Source: Eledone cirrhosa (taxonomy: Eukaryota). From it: 64,000 nucleotides of DNA. The position numbers and the translations under genes were made by a program. Under the pieces are notes generated by a model. That model made no database searches. It was not told the DNA's origin and saw nothing but the letters and a program-made list of their open reading frames with translations. Positions 25,865 to 39,242 of this stretch are shown piece after piece (position 1 is the first letter of the stretch; each line of letters starts with the position of its first letter). The stretch spans positions 93,186,001 through 93,250,000 of the forward strand of contig OZ024742.1 in NCBI GenBank assembly GCA_964016885.1, in the 5' to 3' direction.

Positions 25865-28271
25865 TGCATACAAGCATACACATGTCCAGAGTAACATAAT
25901 ATATATACATTAATACACATGAGTGAACTGCTGTAGGTAGAGAAACAAGAATAGCTGATCATTATAAGATTTTAAGTTAAACATTGTTTTATCAAATAAA
26001 TGTAATGCTTAAATAACAGTTTACTAGTAGTATGTTTATAATGCTTGCAGATATTGGAAAATTGACAGACACAGCAGAAGAGGAGTGTTTTACTTGTGCT
26101 ACTCACTGACTATATACACCCAGATTGAATACATTTATTAAGCTTCATGGATGAATAACTTTCCTTATTTAAACCACCCCAAGGGCATAGCCAGATTTTC
26201 TGTTTCACATAACATCTATTTAGTTTCAGCAGAATAGATAAGTTGAATTTAGTGGGTAATTAACCATTTGACTTCTAGTCGATGAGAAGAGATCATTGTT
26301 CTCTAAGCCAGTATTGATTGAAAAACCAACATATGCTTTCTGTGCTCCTCTACATAATACATTTTAACTGCTATATTCTCCAACAGTTTTCGGGTGCTTT
26401 AGATTTGAAGGTTTTATATTTCCTATGGCTATGACTGAACTTACAAATTCATAATGATTAAATATATTTCTAGGATTAAACTTAAAATTCTATAATGATT
26501 CAATATGGTTTGGGAATTAAGCTTACAAATTTATTATATGATTCAATGTTTTGGGGAGATTAAGTTATTAAATAATTGTTTCTACTTTTGGCACAAGGCC
26601 AGCAATTACCCAGTGCATTACTGGTACTTTATTTTATCGACCCCGTAAGGATGAAAGGCAAAGTTAACTCAGACCATAAAGGACCGTAACTCTTTGCTGC
26701 AAAGCATGGCGTCAGACCCTCTACCGATACTGCCAATAATGAAGATTACTAGGGCATTATTCTCATTTTTTATGATGTTTTTCTTTCCCACTAATTGATG
26801 TATTCTGTCTTTGTGTTTATGTGGTCATATTTTTACATACATTCCTTGTCACAACATTGTACCGATGTGTCTTTTGTTACTTTATCAAACCAGTACTTTT
26901 GTGTCACAGCATTGATGTGATTCAATTCTTATCACACCATTGAAGAAATACATTTGTGTTGCAACATTCAGGTGATATAATTTTTATCACACCATTGAAC
27001 CTAAACATTTGTGTCACAATATTGAACCAAAATATTTATGTCATACAATTGAACCAATACATCTTTTGTCACAACATTGGACCAATATATCTGTCACATA
27101 AATTAACCAATAGATTTCTTGTTAATGATTTCAAACAGAAATATATACATATTAATGATTTCTGATTTAGGCACAAGGCCAATAATTTTTTTGGGGGGGG
27201 GGGGGGGGGGGGGTCCATTAAATCGATCCAAGTGCATTACTGGTACTTTATTTTATCAAAGTAGTAAGGATGAAAGGCAAAGATAACCTCGGCAAGATTT
27301 GATCTCAGATTGTAAAGGACCATAGCTCTATGCCATAAAGCATGTTGTCCAATCCACCAGCCTAATGATGCAGAAATATTAAAACTTTAAATGTGCATTT
27401 TATGTCCATTTTCTATGTCCATTTGGGCCATGTATAAATTTTAGTAGTAGAGATATTCAAATCTTATGGATAAATTTTACAAGTAAGGAAATTCAAATTT
27501 TAATGATACATTTATGTATAAATTTTAATAGTTGACATTCAAATTTCAATGATACAGAAATGTATACATTTAAATATAATAATTTTAATGGTAGAAATAT
27601 GTATGAATTTTATTAGTGGAGAGATATTCACATTTTAATGGTACAGATATGTAAAAAATTTAATAATAGACATAGATATTAAAATATTTTTGGTATAGAT
27701 TTTTATCAAATAGAAAAATATTCAAATTTAATGGTACATAAATTATTTCAATATTACTGAAATGCTGCCCCTTTTAATTGTGCAGTAATAAAAACATTTA
27801 ATGGTATATAAATATATAAAAATATAAATATATAAATATAAAAAATAATATATATAGGCAATTTTAGAATCAAAGAGGCTATTTAATAAAATAATATATT
27901 TATCATTCCTAACACCATACATATATACATTTTAAAGGTACAAAAATATTTCTAAATTTAGTAGTACAGAATTGCATAAAGTTTATAGAGTACTCTATAC
28001 TGAACTCACAGTATAGGTTTTCTATTAGCAAGAATTGTGGGTTCAATATTAATTTGATAGCAAAATCAAAATAGTATAAGCTTAGCCACCGGGCAAAGAA
28101 TACTTATAATAATATCTACACTCTACTACTCTGTTCAACTCGTAATATTTCTTCCATATGTATATATATGTGTGTGTGTGTGTATGTGTATGTTTGCATA
28201 TATATTATCATCAATCATCATCATCTCTATATATATGTATACATGTATATATATATATAAAATGTTGAATC

Positions 28272-28365
28272 ACCAGTCTGATGAGCAGATTAATACTGGA
28301 GTTGGGTCCATGACTTCCATGGGAGAGCTTGAGCCAATCCTCTGTGAAACACGAGGATACATAAT
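28272..28365 (+). ncRNA. Decayed hammerhead-like motif next to (TA)n
   Basis: CTGATGA 28278-28284; stem II gcaga/tctgt with inner ccatg/catgg hairpin; GAAA 28346-28349; stems I and III not recoverable; related start at 3488-3520. Confidence 0.45.
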
Positions 28366-28519
28366 AAAAACAAATAAATGTATATGAAACTTCATAATTT
28401 TTCTTGTTATATACACTCTGCTTGAGCATTGAATGCTCATATTGGTACCACTACAAGTAATTCACTGAATCACATATACTATATGAATATATGTGTATAT
28501 ATATATATATGTGTGTGTG

Positions 28520-31500
28520 TATAATACAGAAAACCTACCTTCCCATGTGTAGAGGCAAAGGCATACATCTAGTATGTGCCAACTACCCTTCCACCACCCC
28601 TCCCATATACCTCCCATGTTGTAACATCTCACTCACGCCCGAACATCCCACCCTCACCCATGCCTCTAGATCTACCTTTCCAATCCCCATGCATCTGCCC
28701 CACCAAAGTTGCCAGGTCGCATTGTAAAGTGGTCATTTTGGTGCCACAGCAATGAGTGTCTAGTTCACACTGTAAAGTGGTCATGTAGGTGTCACAACAA
28801 GAAGTTCTCAGTCCACACTGTAAAGTGGTCATGTAGGTGTCACAACAAGAAGTTCTCAGTCCACACTGTAAAGTGGTCATGTAGGTGTCACAACAAGAAG
28901 CTCTCAGTCCACACTGTAAAGTGGTCATGTAGGTGTCACAACAAGAAGTTCTCAGTCCACACTGTAAAGTGGTCATTTTGGTGCCACAGCAATGAGTGTC
29001 TAGTTCACACTGTAAAGTGGTCATGTGGGTGTCACAACAAGAAGTTCTCAGTCCACACTGTAAAGTGGTCATGTAGGTGTCACAACAAGAAGTTCTCAGT
29101 CCACACTATAAAGTGGTCATTTTGGTGACACAGCAATGAGTGTCTAGTTCACACTGTAAGGTGGTAATGTAGGTGTCACAACAAGAAGTTCTCAGTCCAT
29201 ACTGTAAAGTGGTAATGTAGGTGTCACAACAAGAAGTTCTCAGTCCACACTGTAAAGTGGTCATGTAGGTGTCACAACAAGAAGTTCTCAGTTCACACTG
29301 TAAAGTGGTCATGTAGGTGTCACAACAAGAAGTTCTCAGTCCACACTGTAAAGTGGTCATGTAGGTGTCACAACAAGAAGTTCTCAGTCCACACTGTAAA
29401 GTGGTAATGTAGGTGTCACAACAAGAAGTTCTCAATCCACACTGTAAAGTGGTAATGTAGGTGTCACAACAAAAAGCTCTCAGTCCACACTGTAAAGTAG
29501 TCATGTAGGTGTCACAACAAAAAGCTCTCAGTCCACACTGTAAAGTGGTCATGTAGGTGTTACAACAAAAAGCTCTCAGTCCACACTGTAAAGTGGTAAT
29601 GTAGGTGTCACAACAAAAAGCTCTCAGTCCACACTGTAAAGTGGTAATGTAGGCGTCACAACAAAAAGCTCTCAGTCCACACTGTAAAGTGGTAATGTAG
29701 GTGTCACAACAAAAAGCTCTCAGTCCACACTGTAAAGTAGTCATGTAGGTGTCACAACAAAAAGCTCTCAGTCCACACTGTAAAGTGGTAATGTAGGTGT
29801 CACAACAAAAAGCTCTGTCCACACTGTAAAGTAGTCATGTAGGTGTCACAACAAAAAGCTCTCAGTCCACACTGTAAAGTGGTAATGTAGGTGTCACAAC
29901 AAAAAGCTCTCAGTCCACACTGTAAAGTAGTCATGTAGGTGTCACAACAAAAAGCTCTCAGTCCACACTGTAAAGTGGTAATGTAGGTGTCACAACAAAA
30001 AGTTCTCAGTCCACACTGTAAAGTGATCATGTAGGTGTCACAACAAAAAGTTCTCAGTCCACACTGTAAAGTGATCATGTAGGTGTCACAACAAAAAGCT
30101 CTCAGTCCACACTGTAAAGTGATCATGTAGGTGTCACAACAAAAAGCTCTCAGTCCACACTGTAAAGTGGTAATGTAGGCGTCACAACAAAAAGCTCTCA
30201 GTCCACACTGTAAAGTAGTCATGTAGGTGTCACAACAAAAAGCTCTCAGTCCACACTGTAAAGTGATCATGTAGGTGTCACAACAAAAAGTTCTCAGTCC
30301 ACACTGTAAAGTGATCATGTAGGTGTCACAACAAAAAGCTCTCAATCCACACTGTAAAGTGGTCATGTTGGTGTCACAACAAAAAGCTCTCAGTCCACAC
30401 TGTAAAGTGATCATGTAGGTGTCACAACAAGAAGCTCTCAGTTCACACTGTAAAGTGGTCATGTGGGTGTTACAACAAAAAGCTCTCAGTCCACACTGTA
30501 AAGTGGTAATGTAGGTGTCACAACAAAAAGCTCTCAGTCCACACTGTAAAGTAGTCATGTAGGTGTCACAACAAAAAGCTCTCAGTCCACACTGTAAAGT
30601 GGTAATGTAGGTGTCACAACAAAAAGCTCTGTCCACACTGTAAAGTAGTCATGTAGGTGTCACAACAAAAAGCTCTCAGTCCACACTGTAAAGTGGTAAT
30701 GTAGGTGTCACAACAAAAAGCTCTCAGTCCACACTGTAAAGTAGTCATGTAGGTGTCACAACAAAAAGCTCTCAGTCCACACTGTAAAGTGGTAATGTAG
30801 GTGTCACAACAAAAAGTTCTCAGTCCACACTGTAAAGTGATCATGTAGGTGTCACAACAAAAAGTTCTCAGTCCACACTGTAAAGTGATCATGTAGGTGT
30901 CACAACAAAAAGCTCTCAGTCCACACTGTAAAGTGATCATGTAGGTGTCACAACAAAAAGCTCTCAGTCCACACTGTAAAGTGGTAATGTAGGCGTCACA
31001 ACAAAAAGCTCTCAGTCCACACTGTAAAGTAGTCATGTAGGTGTCACAACAAAAAGCTCTCAGTCCACACTGTAAAGTGATCATGTAGGTGTCACAACAA
31101 AAAGTTCTCAGTCCACACTGTAAAGTGATCATGTAGGTGTCACAACAAAAAGCTCTCAATCCACACTGTAAAGTGGTCATGTTGGTGTCACAACAAAAAG
31201 CTCTCAGTCCACACTGTAAAGTGATCATGTAGGTGTCACAACAAGAAGCTCTCAGTTCACACTGTAAAGTGGTCATGTGGGTGTTACAACAAAAAGCTCT
31301 CAGTCCACACTGTAAAGTGGTAATGTAGGTGTCACAACAAAAAGCTCTCAGTCCACACTGTAAAGTAGTCATGTAGGTGTCACAACAAAAAGCTCTCAGT
31401 CCACACTGTAAAGTGGTAATGTAGGTGTCACAACAAAAAGCTCTCAGTCCACACTGTAAAGTAGTCATGTAGGTGTCACAACAAAAAGCTCTCAGTCCAC

Positions 31501-32095
31501 ACTGTAAAGTGATCATGTAGGTGTTACAACAAAAAGCTCTCAGTCCACACTGTAAAGTGGTCATGTAGGTGTTACAACAAAAAGCTCTCAGTCCACACTG
31601 TAAAGTGGTAATGTAGGTGTCACAACAAAAAGCTCTCAGTCCACACTGTAAAGTGGTAATGTAGGTGTCACAACAAAAAGCTCTCAGTCCACACTGTAAA
31701 GTGGTCATGTAGGTGTTACAACAAAAAGCTCTCAGTCCACACTATATAGTCATCATGTAGGTGTCACAACGAGAAGTTCTCAGTCCACATTGTAAAGTGG
31801 TCATGTAGGTGTCACAACAAAAAGCACCTAGTAAAGTGGTTGTATAGGTGTCACGATAAAAAGCACCCAGCCCACACCACACTGTAAAGTTGTCGTGTAG
31901 GTGTCACTACAAAAAGCACCCAGTACACTCTGTAAATGTGTTTGGCGTTGGGAAGGGCATCTAGCCATAAAAACCAAGCCAAAATCAGTTCTATATGAGG
32001 AAAATATGGTCATCTGACCTGGCTTCTCTCACAACGGGAAAGTTTATCTGACGCATGCTAGCATGGAAAATGGATGTTAAACGGTGATGATGATG
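28520..32095 (+). mobile_element. RTE 3' end/UTR hosting the satellite
   Basis: Starts taatacagaaaacctacctt (cf. RTE ORF end); resumes after the array with aaaagcacccagtacactctgtaaa...gggaagggcatc...(GAT)n. Confidence 0.7.
28721..31827. repeat. 48-bp tandem satellite, about 65 units
   Basis: Unit cacactgtaaagtggtcatgtaggtgtcacaacaaaaagctctcagtc; 16-aa periodicity in the ORF track. Confidence 0.97.
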
Positions 32096-32136
32096 TGTGT
32101 GTATTTATATATATATATATATATATATATGAATAT

Positions 32137-32914
32137 ATACTTTAGGAGGGTCATGCTGCCAATAAAAACATACACAGCTGTTGGTTTTCACTTCAATTCA
32201 TTATAAACTCTCAGTCTAATAACTGGGTGGTTGTTTAGTTGTTGATTGACAACATGGCCAGTCTGTGGAACCAACATTGCCAGCAACTACAGACTCTCCT
32301 ACTTCCTCTCCATGATCTTATGTCCTATAATTGAAATATCCCCAGACATATGTGACTGCATGGAAGACCTCCTCAACAAAATCAATGAATGCAACTTGTC
32401 TGGGGACCTGACAGGCGGTACAATAGGTAACCCAAATACTCATTTCACAAAAGCAAGATAGTGTAGGACAGAACAAAAAAAAAAGAACAAAATATCAACA
32501 AAGTTAGTCACTAAGGAGGTCACAGAATGTGTGACAAAAGAACATTGACAATCAACAACTAAACAATCATCTGGTTATTAAACTAACTGACTGAGAGCTT
32601 ATAATAAATTGAAGTGAAAACCAAATGTGTGTTGAAACAGATATTTTTATACTTTGGGAGGGTTATGCTGCTGGTTGGTTTTTCACTTCAATTTATTATA
32701 AGCTCTCAGTCAGTTAGTTTAATAACCAGATGATTGTTTAGTTGTTGATTGTCAATATTCTTTTGTCACACATTCTGTGACCTCCTTAGTGACTAACTTT
32801 GTTGATATTTTGTTCTTTTTTTTTGTTCTGTCCTACACTATCTTGCTTTTGTGAAATGAGTATTTGGGTTACCTATTGTACAGCCTGTCAGGTCCCCAGA
32901 CAAGTTGCATTCAT

Positions 32915-32918
<4 letters not shown>
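32137..32918 (+). mobile_element. Internally deleted Penelope-like (Neptune-type) element with inverted arms, in (TA)n
   Basis: RT fragment PVCGTNIASNYRLSYFLSMILCPII...CMEDLLNKINECN; 244-bp inverted repeat 32381-32624/32675-32918; terminal motif atactt..ggagggtcat shared with the 62220 element. Confidence 0.75.
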
Positions 32919-32992
<74 letters not shown>

Positions 32993-33009
32993 CAAGAGCA
33001 AGAGAGACA

Positions 33010-33189
33010 GAGAATTCAGGACTCTGATGGCTGAGCTCCTGCCATTTCAACAGCTAGATAGCTAGCTGTTGAAACGGCAGGTGCTCAACTGTCAGGGTCC
33101 CAAATCCTTCATATTACCCACTCTACTACGACAAGTATCGAGTACTCTGGTGAGTAATGGTCTAACTGCTTTTTACTGCAACCATTCTG

Positions 33190-33192
<3 letters not shown>
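33010..33192 (+). mobile_element. Fold-back element, copy 3 (diverged)
   Basis: tttcaacagctag-atag-ctagctgttgaaa hairpin; GAAA-cggc-aggtgctca-actg-TC; tail attacccactctactac...gagtactctggtg. Confidence 0.75.
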
Positions 33193-33249
<57 letters not shown>

Positions 33250-33251
<2 letters not shown>

Positions 33252-33537
33252 TCATCATCATCATCATTTTACGTCCGCTTTTCCCTGCTTGCAAGGGTGG
33301 GACGGGAACTGATTCTGGCTTGATTTATACAGCTCATTTACAGTGAGTGCTGGGTGCTTTTTTGCCGTGGCACCTCCACAACCACTTTGCAGTGGAATGA
33401 TAGGGACCCTAGTCCCTATCATCTCATTTCTACAGCTGAGTAAACTGGAGCAATATGAAATAAAGTGTCTTGCTCAAGGAAACAACACATCACCCGGCCT
33501 GAGAAATGAACTCACAACCTTTCGATTGTAAGGCCAA
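33250..33537 (-). mobile_element. SINE family B (partial)
   Basis: Homologous to 18441 and 35825 copies; (CAT)n at left end. Confidence 0.85.
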
Positions 33538-33543
33538 TGTATA

Positions 33544-33626
<83 letters not shown>

Positions 33627-33630
<4 letters not shown>

Positions 33631-35252
33631 ATATGAAGACGGGTAAGGCGGCTGGGCCTTCGGAAATAGTTGCTGAGATGCTGAAGGCCTCTGGAACGGT
33701 GGGACACACCATGGTCACCCGGATAGTAAACCAAGTCATACAGAATGGGGTTGTTCCGAAGGACTGGCGTAGCAGCATCATCATTAACTGTTACAAGGGT
33801 AAAGGAGATGCTCTAGATAGGAGTAACTATAGAGGCATTAAATTAATCGACCAGGTCATGAAGGTCACGGAAAAAGTAATAGTGCAACTAATCAGAGAGA
33901 GAATCGATCTAGATGAAATGCAGTTCGGGTTTGTGTCAGGCAAAAGTACCACAGACGCTCTTTTCATTGTACGACAACTACAGGAGAAGTACCTAGCTAA
34001 AAGTAAACCCCTATACTTAGCCTTTGTCGACTTGGAGAAAGCCTTCGACAGAGTCCCCCGTTCCATTATCTGGTGGGCTCTTAGAAAACTAGGTGTTGAC
34101 GAATGGCTTGTGAGAGCTATACAAGCCATGTATAAAGAAACAGTGAGCAAGGTTAGAATTAACAACGAATATAGTGAAGAGTTTAGCGTAAAACTTGGTG
34201 TCCATCAGGGCTCTGTTCTTAGCCCCCTACTATTTATTATTGCTCTTCAGGCTATAACAGAGGAGTTCAAGACTGGCTGCCCATGGGAACTCCTATACGC
34301 AGATGACCTAACGCTCATAGCTGAATCAATGGTCGAGCTAGAGAAGAAATTCCAAACATGGAAGCACGGCCTAGAATCAAAAGGCCTTAAAATTAACCTG
34401 GCTAAGACTAAAGTTCTAGTTTGTAGGAAAGAAAATAAGGCGCCGGTCCCTTCCGGGAAATGGCCATGCTCAGTGTGTAGGAAAGGCGTAGGTAGAAACT
34501 CCATTTTATGTCCCAAATGCAAAGTATGGGTGCATAAAAGATGTAGTGAGATCACAGGTAAGCTAACTAAGAACACAGATTTTACATGTGGCCGGTGCTC
34601 TGGTGCAATAAGTAGCAGCAAGTGCCCACAAAATACTAGCTCTTTCAACTGCGCAGAGGGTTCTATAGAAATAGTGGACAGCTTCTGTTACCTGGGTGAC
34701 AAAATCAGCAGTGGCGGAGGGTGCTCTGAAAGTACAGTAGCTAGAGTCAGAACTGGATGGAAAAAGTTCAGAGAGCTTATACCACTATTAGCCGCTAAAG
34801 GGTTCTCCCTAAAAATGAAAGGCAGGTTGTATGATGCCTGCATACGAACAGCAATGTTGCATGGCAGTGAGACCTGGGCATTGTGTGCAGAGGATATACG
34901 CAGACTAGAGAGGAACGAAGCTTGCATGCTCCGCTGGATGTGTAATAGTAATATACGCGAACGGCAAAGCATAAACGAACTAAGGGAAAAATTAGAAATA
35001 AGAGGGATCAGATGTTGTTTACTCGAGAGAAGGCTACGTTGGTATGGTCACGTGATGCGCATGAAAGATGACAGCTGTATAGCAAAGTGCAGGGCAATAA
35101 AGATAGACGGTAGCCATGGAGTAGGCAGACCCAGAAAAACCTAGGACGAGCTGATAAATTCCGACCTCACACACTTACACCTCTCCAAGACAATGTTACT
35201 GGACCGAGACCTTTGGCGGTACTCAGTAATAGAGAAGACCCGCCTTACCTAA
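33627..35252 (+). pseudogene. RTE reverse transcriptase with embedded PHD-type finger
   Basis: NYRGIKL, QFGF, FVDLEKAFDRV, GVHQGSVLSPLLF, YADD (34296-34307), C4HC3 at 34467-34598, YLG; single premature TAG (TGG in sister copies) at 35142; no APE domain or start (5'-truncated). Confidence 0.95.
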
Positions 35253-35754
35253 ATACAAAGTAAAACCTACTACAGTCAGTAGGCATCTCTAACAAAATAC
35301 ACCCTCGTCCCACCACCCCCACCCCATCCACACCGCCCCTTTCAATGTAAAGTTATGTTGGTGCCACAAAATCCAGGCCGAAACAAATGAGATAGTGTAG
35401 GTGTCACGACAAAACACAGAGTCCACGCTGTAATGTGACCGTGTAGGCAACACGGTAAAAACCCTCCAGTCCCACACTGTAAATGTGGTTGGTGTTAGGA
35501 AGGGCATCCAGCTGTAGAAAACCCGCCAGACATCCACGCTGTAATGTGGCCGTGTAGGCAACACGGTTAAAACCTCCCAGCCCCACACTGTAAATGTGGT
35601 TGGTGTTAGGAAGGGCATCCAACTGTAGAAAACCCGCCAGACAGTCCTATGCGAGCAAGACAACCACTCTTGCCTCAAGTGGGAAAACTCCCGTCCAAAC
35701 CCATGCAAGCGTGGAACATGGACGTTAAACGATGATGATGATGACGATGATGAT
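33627..35754 (+). mobile_element. Young RTE LINE, longest copy, 5'-truncated, in (TA)n
   Basis: Full RT domain; 3' UTR with internal duplication at about 35420-35640; (GAT)n tail. Confidence 0.97.
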
Positions 35755-35824
35755 ATACACACACATATTTACATACATATATGCATGTAATATATATATT
35801 AGTGGTTTAGTGGTTAGAGCAGAT

Positions 35825-36152
35825 GGAGGCACATGGCTTAGTGGTTAGAGCATTGGCATTGCAATCGAAAGGTTGTGAGTTCAATTCTCAGGCCGGGTGA
35901 TGTGTTGTTTCCTTGAGCAAGACACTTTATTTCACATTGCTCCAGTTTACTCAGCTGTAGAAATGAGATGATAGGGGTCTCTATCATTCCACTTAAAAGT
36001 GGTCGTGGAGGTGCCATGGCAAAAATGCACCCAGCACCCACTGTAAATGAGGTTGGTGTTAGGAATGGCATCCAGCTGTAGAAATCAAGCCAGAATCAGT
36101 TCCCATCCCACCCTTGCCAGCAGGGAAAAGCGGATGTATGATGAAATGATGA
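35825..36152 (+). mobile_element. Full-length SINE family B (tRNA head + RTE-derived tail)
   Basis: Box A tggcttagtgg 35834-35844; box B gagttcaattc 35877-35887; tail shared with RTE 3' UTR; GAT repeats. Confidence 0.9.
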
Positions 36153-38689
36153 TATATATATATATATATATATATGTACATAGATACATATATATATATA
36201 CATATATATGCATGTGTGTATATGCATGTATTATATATAAACAGCTGACACCTGAAAAAAAAGAAACCTGGAGAATATTCTGATGAAAAATTTAGTAGAC
36301 AGAAGCTCAAATGATTGGGTTAATAGACCAATCAATCCAATCAGTACAGACAACTGTATGTTTATTAAAGTTTCCAGCTGAGTAGCTTTTCTTATTTGAA
36401 CCCTCCAAGACCACAACCATTGCCATACCACATCAGATTTTCTGCTTCACATCACATCCCATCACATCCATTTGGTGTTCAGCAGAACTATTCAGTTCAA
36501 TTTCAGTATTTAATTAGTTGTTTCACTGCTTATCTGCAAGATGAGGGCGACCATGTAGATTGGCAGGCTGGTTGGCAATTTACTGAAATTATTTTATTAT
36601 ATTCTTCACTCTCCTCCTCCTCCTTTTTACTATCACCCATGCTGCACTTTTAATATCCACATTGAGTTCATTCAAATACCAACATCTACCACTCCTTCCC
36701 CTCTCTCCCCATCCATCCATTTTCTCTCTTTACCTCTTCTTCTATCTACCTTTTCTCTCTTCCTCTTCTTCCACTATGTCTTCTCTCTCCCTCCAACTAC
36801 CCCTCTCTCTACCTCCAACTACCTCTCCTTCTATTTCTACTTTTTATTTCCCCTCCCTCCATCTATTTCCTCTCCCTCTCCCTCCAATCATATCCATTTC
36901 TATCTACCTAACATTTCTCTCTTTTCTTCTCTTTCCTCACACCTCCCTCTTTACTTATCCCATACCTGCTGTGTTTCTCTGTTACTCTCTGTTTTGATTT
37001 ATCATTCTATCTTTCTATCCCTATTTTATCTCTCTCCTTTTTAAATCCTTTCTTCTCTTTCTTTATTTTCAATTCTTTACTTACATTTTCTGCTGTTCTT
37101 TCTCTCTTCTCTCCCCCTCTCTCACTTCATTTTCTTTTTGATCTCACATTATATTACACTCTCTTCTCTCACTCTGTCTGTGTGTGTATCTCGCTTTGGT
37201 CATTGTGACGCCACCAATGGCTATGTCTTCCTATAGCCATATAGCAGGAGCTCTTCCCCTCCACTTTCCAGTCTATTATCTATGACAGAATTGGAAAAGT
37301 AGCAGACAAAATGTCTTGTGACATTTAGTTACATATCTTCACAGACAAATGAAGTGGAATGAAAATTGGTTCAATCTGGGATTGAAACTATATCAAACAC
37401 TCAACTAACTGGGAGTGTCCCATCACTAATGGCACTAAGGCACCAATCAAGGAAATTGAATTTGTTTTCAGACATTCTTGTCTTTTATTTTTTGGCACTC
37501 AATCTTTATCAATCAGTTTGTGCTGATCTCACTTCTCTTATTCCCATTCTCTTTCCTAATCTGTCTATCTCACCTTTCCACCCCGTCTCTCTATTCTGTC
37601 TCTTTTTTATTTTCAAACTCTCTCCCCATTACATTCTTCCTCTCATTCTCTTTCCACACCATCTCTCTTGTTCACTTTCTTCCTCACACCCATTCTCCAA
37701 TACACTCCCACTCCCACTCCTCACTCTCCTGCTTTTTTTACTTCTCCCCACTCACACTAACATCTTTCTCTTTCACTCTCTCTTTTCTTCTTCTCTACCA
37801 TTCTTACCTCTCTTTTTCTTTGTTCCACTATCTCTATCACTCATTCTTCAACTCGTCCTACCTTTTCTACTTCCTTCACTATCCTATTTTCCTCAACTCA
37901 CACCTCTCCTCTCTTATCCACCAACTTTCTCTCCCTCCCTCACACAGTTAAACTATATGAAGGAAAAAGTAACCCCCCCCCCCCTGCTAAAATGAAAATA
38001 ATGGTTTCAATAATAGACATATTTTTGGTGGAAGGTAGGAAAGAATGTAAGATGATTAAATTGGTGATTATTTTAGTAACACCTGAACTCACAAAACTGT
38101 GGGACATGACTAAATATTACTAGTGCTCCACTCATTCTGCCATCCACTGCCCTATTAATAATAATAATAATTGTTTCTACTTTAGGCACAAGGCCAGCAA
38201 TTTGAAGGGGAGGGGAAAGTTGATTAAATCAACCCAGTTCATTACTGGTACTTTATTTTATCGAGCCCATAAGGTTGAAAGGCAAAGTTAACTTCGGTGG
38301 GATTTGAACTCAGTACGTAAAGGGCCATAACACTATGCTGAAAAGCAAGGTGTCTGACGATCTACCGATACTGCCAATCCAGCAACAAGGGCCAACGAAA
38401 AAGGGAACAATACAATAGACAGGGACAGTGGAGGTCTACACTGAAATCAAGTAGAAAGAAATTAACAAACAAATAACAATGAACACAATGAAAATTCCCT
38501 AATAGGGAAGAGGACCTTCTAGAGGTGACCCAAGAACCCAACAAATCCTATACCATCCGACTCGAAGAACAACCTAGGAACATACCCCTCTTCTCTCTAA
38601 ATCAACTAGCCTACAGGCTCACGCTGAACATTTATTTATTTTAAAATATTAATTAATAATAATTAGTAAAAGGAAATGAAAAGAGCATT

Positions 38690-39242
38690 TGCAAAAGAAT
38701 ATTTCAGAAGAATATTTCAGAAGTATATTTCAGTTGATCCTAAAACACAAATTGAATGGAAAAAATGCGATTATGGTAATAAAAATGTGGGCTGTTTCAA
38801 TGATATGGTACAAAACTAGGGTTATCAAGTAGAGCAAAACATAAAATACAATGAACACAAATGATGTACTACATCTAAAAAATGACAACAGAAATTATTT
38901 ACCTTGAACCAGATGTTGATAAGCTGTGAAAACTATATAAATAGCGAGGAATATAATCTTGGTTGATATGTAAAAAACAATGATGAACCATGACTGATGG
39001 AACTAAAACAATGTAGTACTTAATAGACAAGAAAGTTGCATTGAAAAGTATGATTATAAAAAAGAATAATAGAAGAGATGAAGGAAAAGTGGTTGGATAA
39101 ATTGATGCATGGTCAGTTTATAAGAAACATGCAAAGTGGAGTAGAGAAACAAGTATTAGTGGGATAGATGCAAAGATAAGACCTTAATATTGAGGGTGAA
39201 ATCTCCTATATATATATAGCAGAAGAGCTAATTATGTGAAAC
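38690..39242 (+). mobile_element. Highly decayed R4/Dong-like non-LTR retrotransposon fragment
   Basis: NGKNAIMVIKMWAVS (cf. NGGNLIKAINTWAVS), KWLDKLMHGQF, RANYVK; cut off by the RTE insertion. Confidence 0.6.

Noticed and set aside
28629-31708. Long Cys-rich ORFs (TTLQCGLRAFCCDTYM)n
   Set aside because: A 48-bp unit without a stop gives open frames automatically; 2-bp deletions break the frame; no gene signals
28721-31827. CRISPR-like array
   Set aside because: Units are contiguous with no unique spacers, no cas genes are present, and the context is eukaryotic; it is a satellite
33537-33626. N-terminal YIYIYI extension of the 535-aa ORF
   Set aside because: Translation of (TA)n; the element is 5'-truncated and has no real start
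35825-35900. tRNA gene
   Set aside because: Box A/B present, but it continues into a SINE body and tail with no cloverleaf acceptor stem or poly-T terminator
36580-37995. Hydrophobic L/F/S/P-rich ORFs resembling membrane proteins
   Set aside because: Low-complexity CT-rich DNA with no motifs
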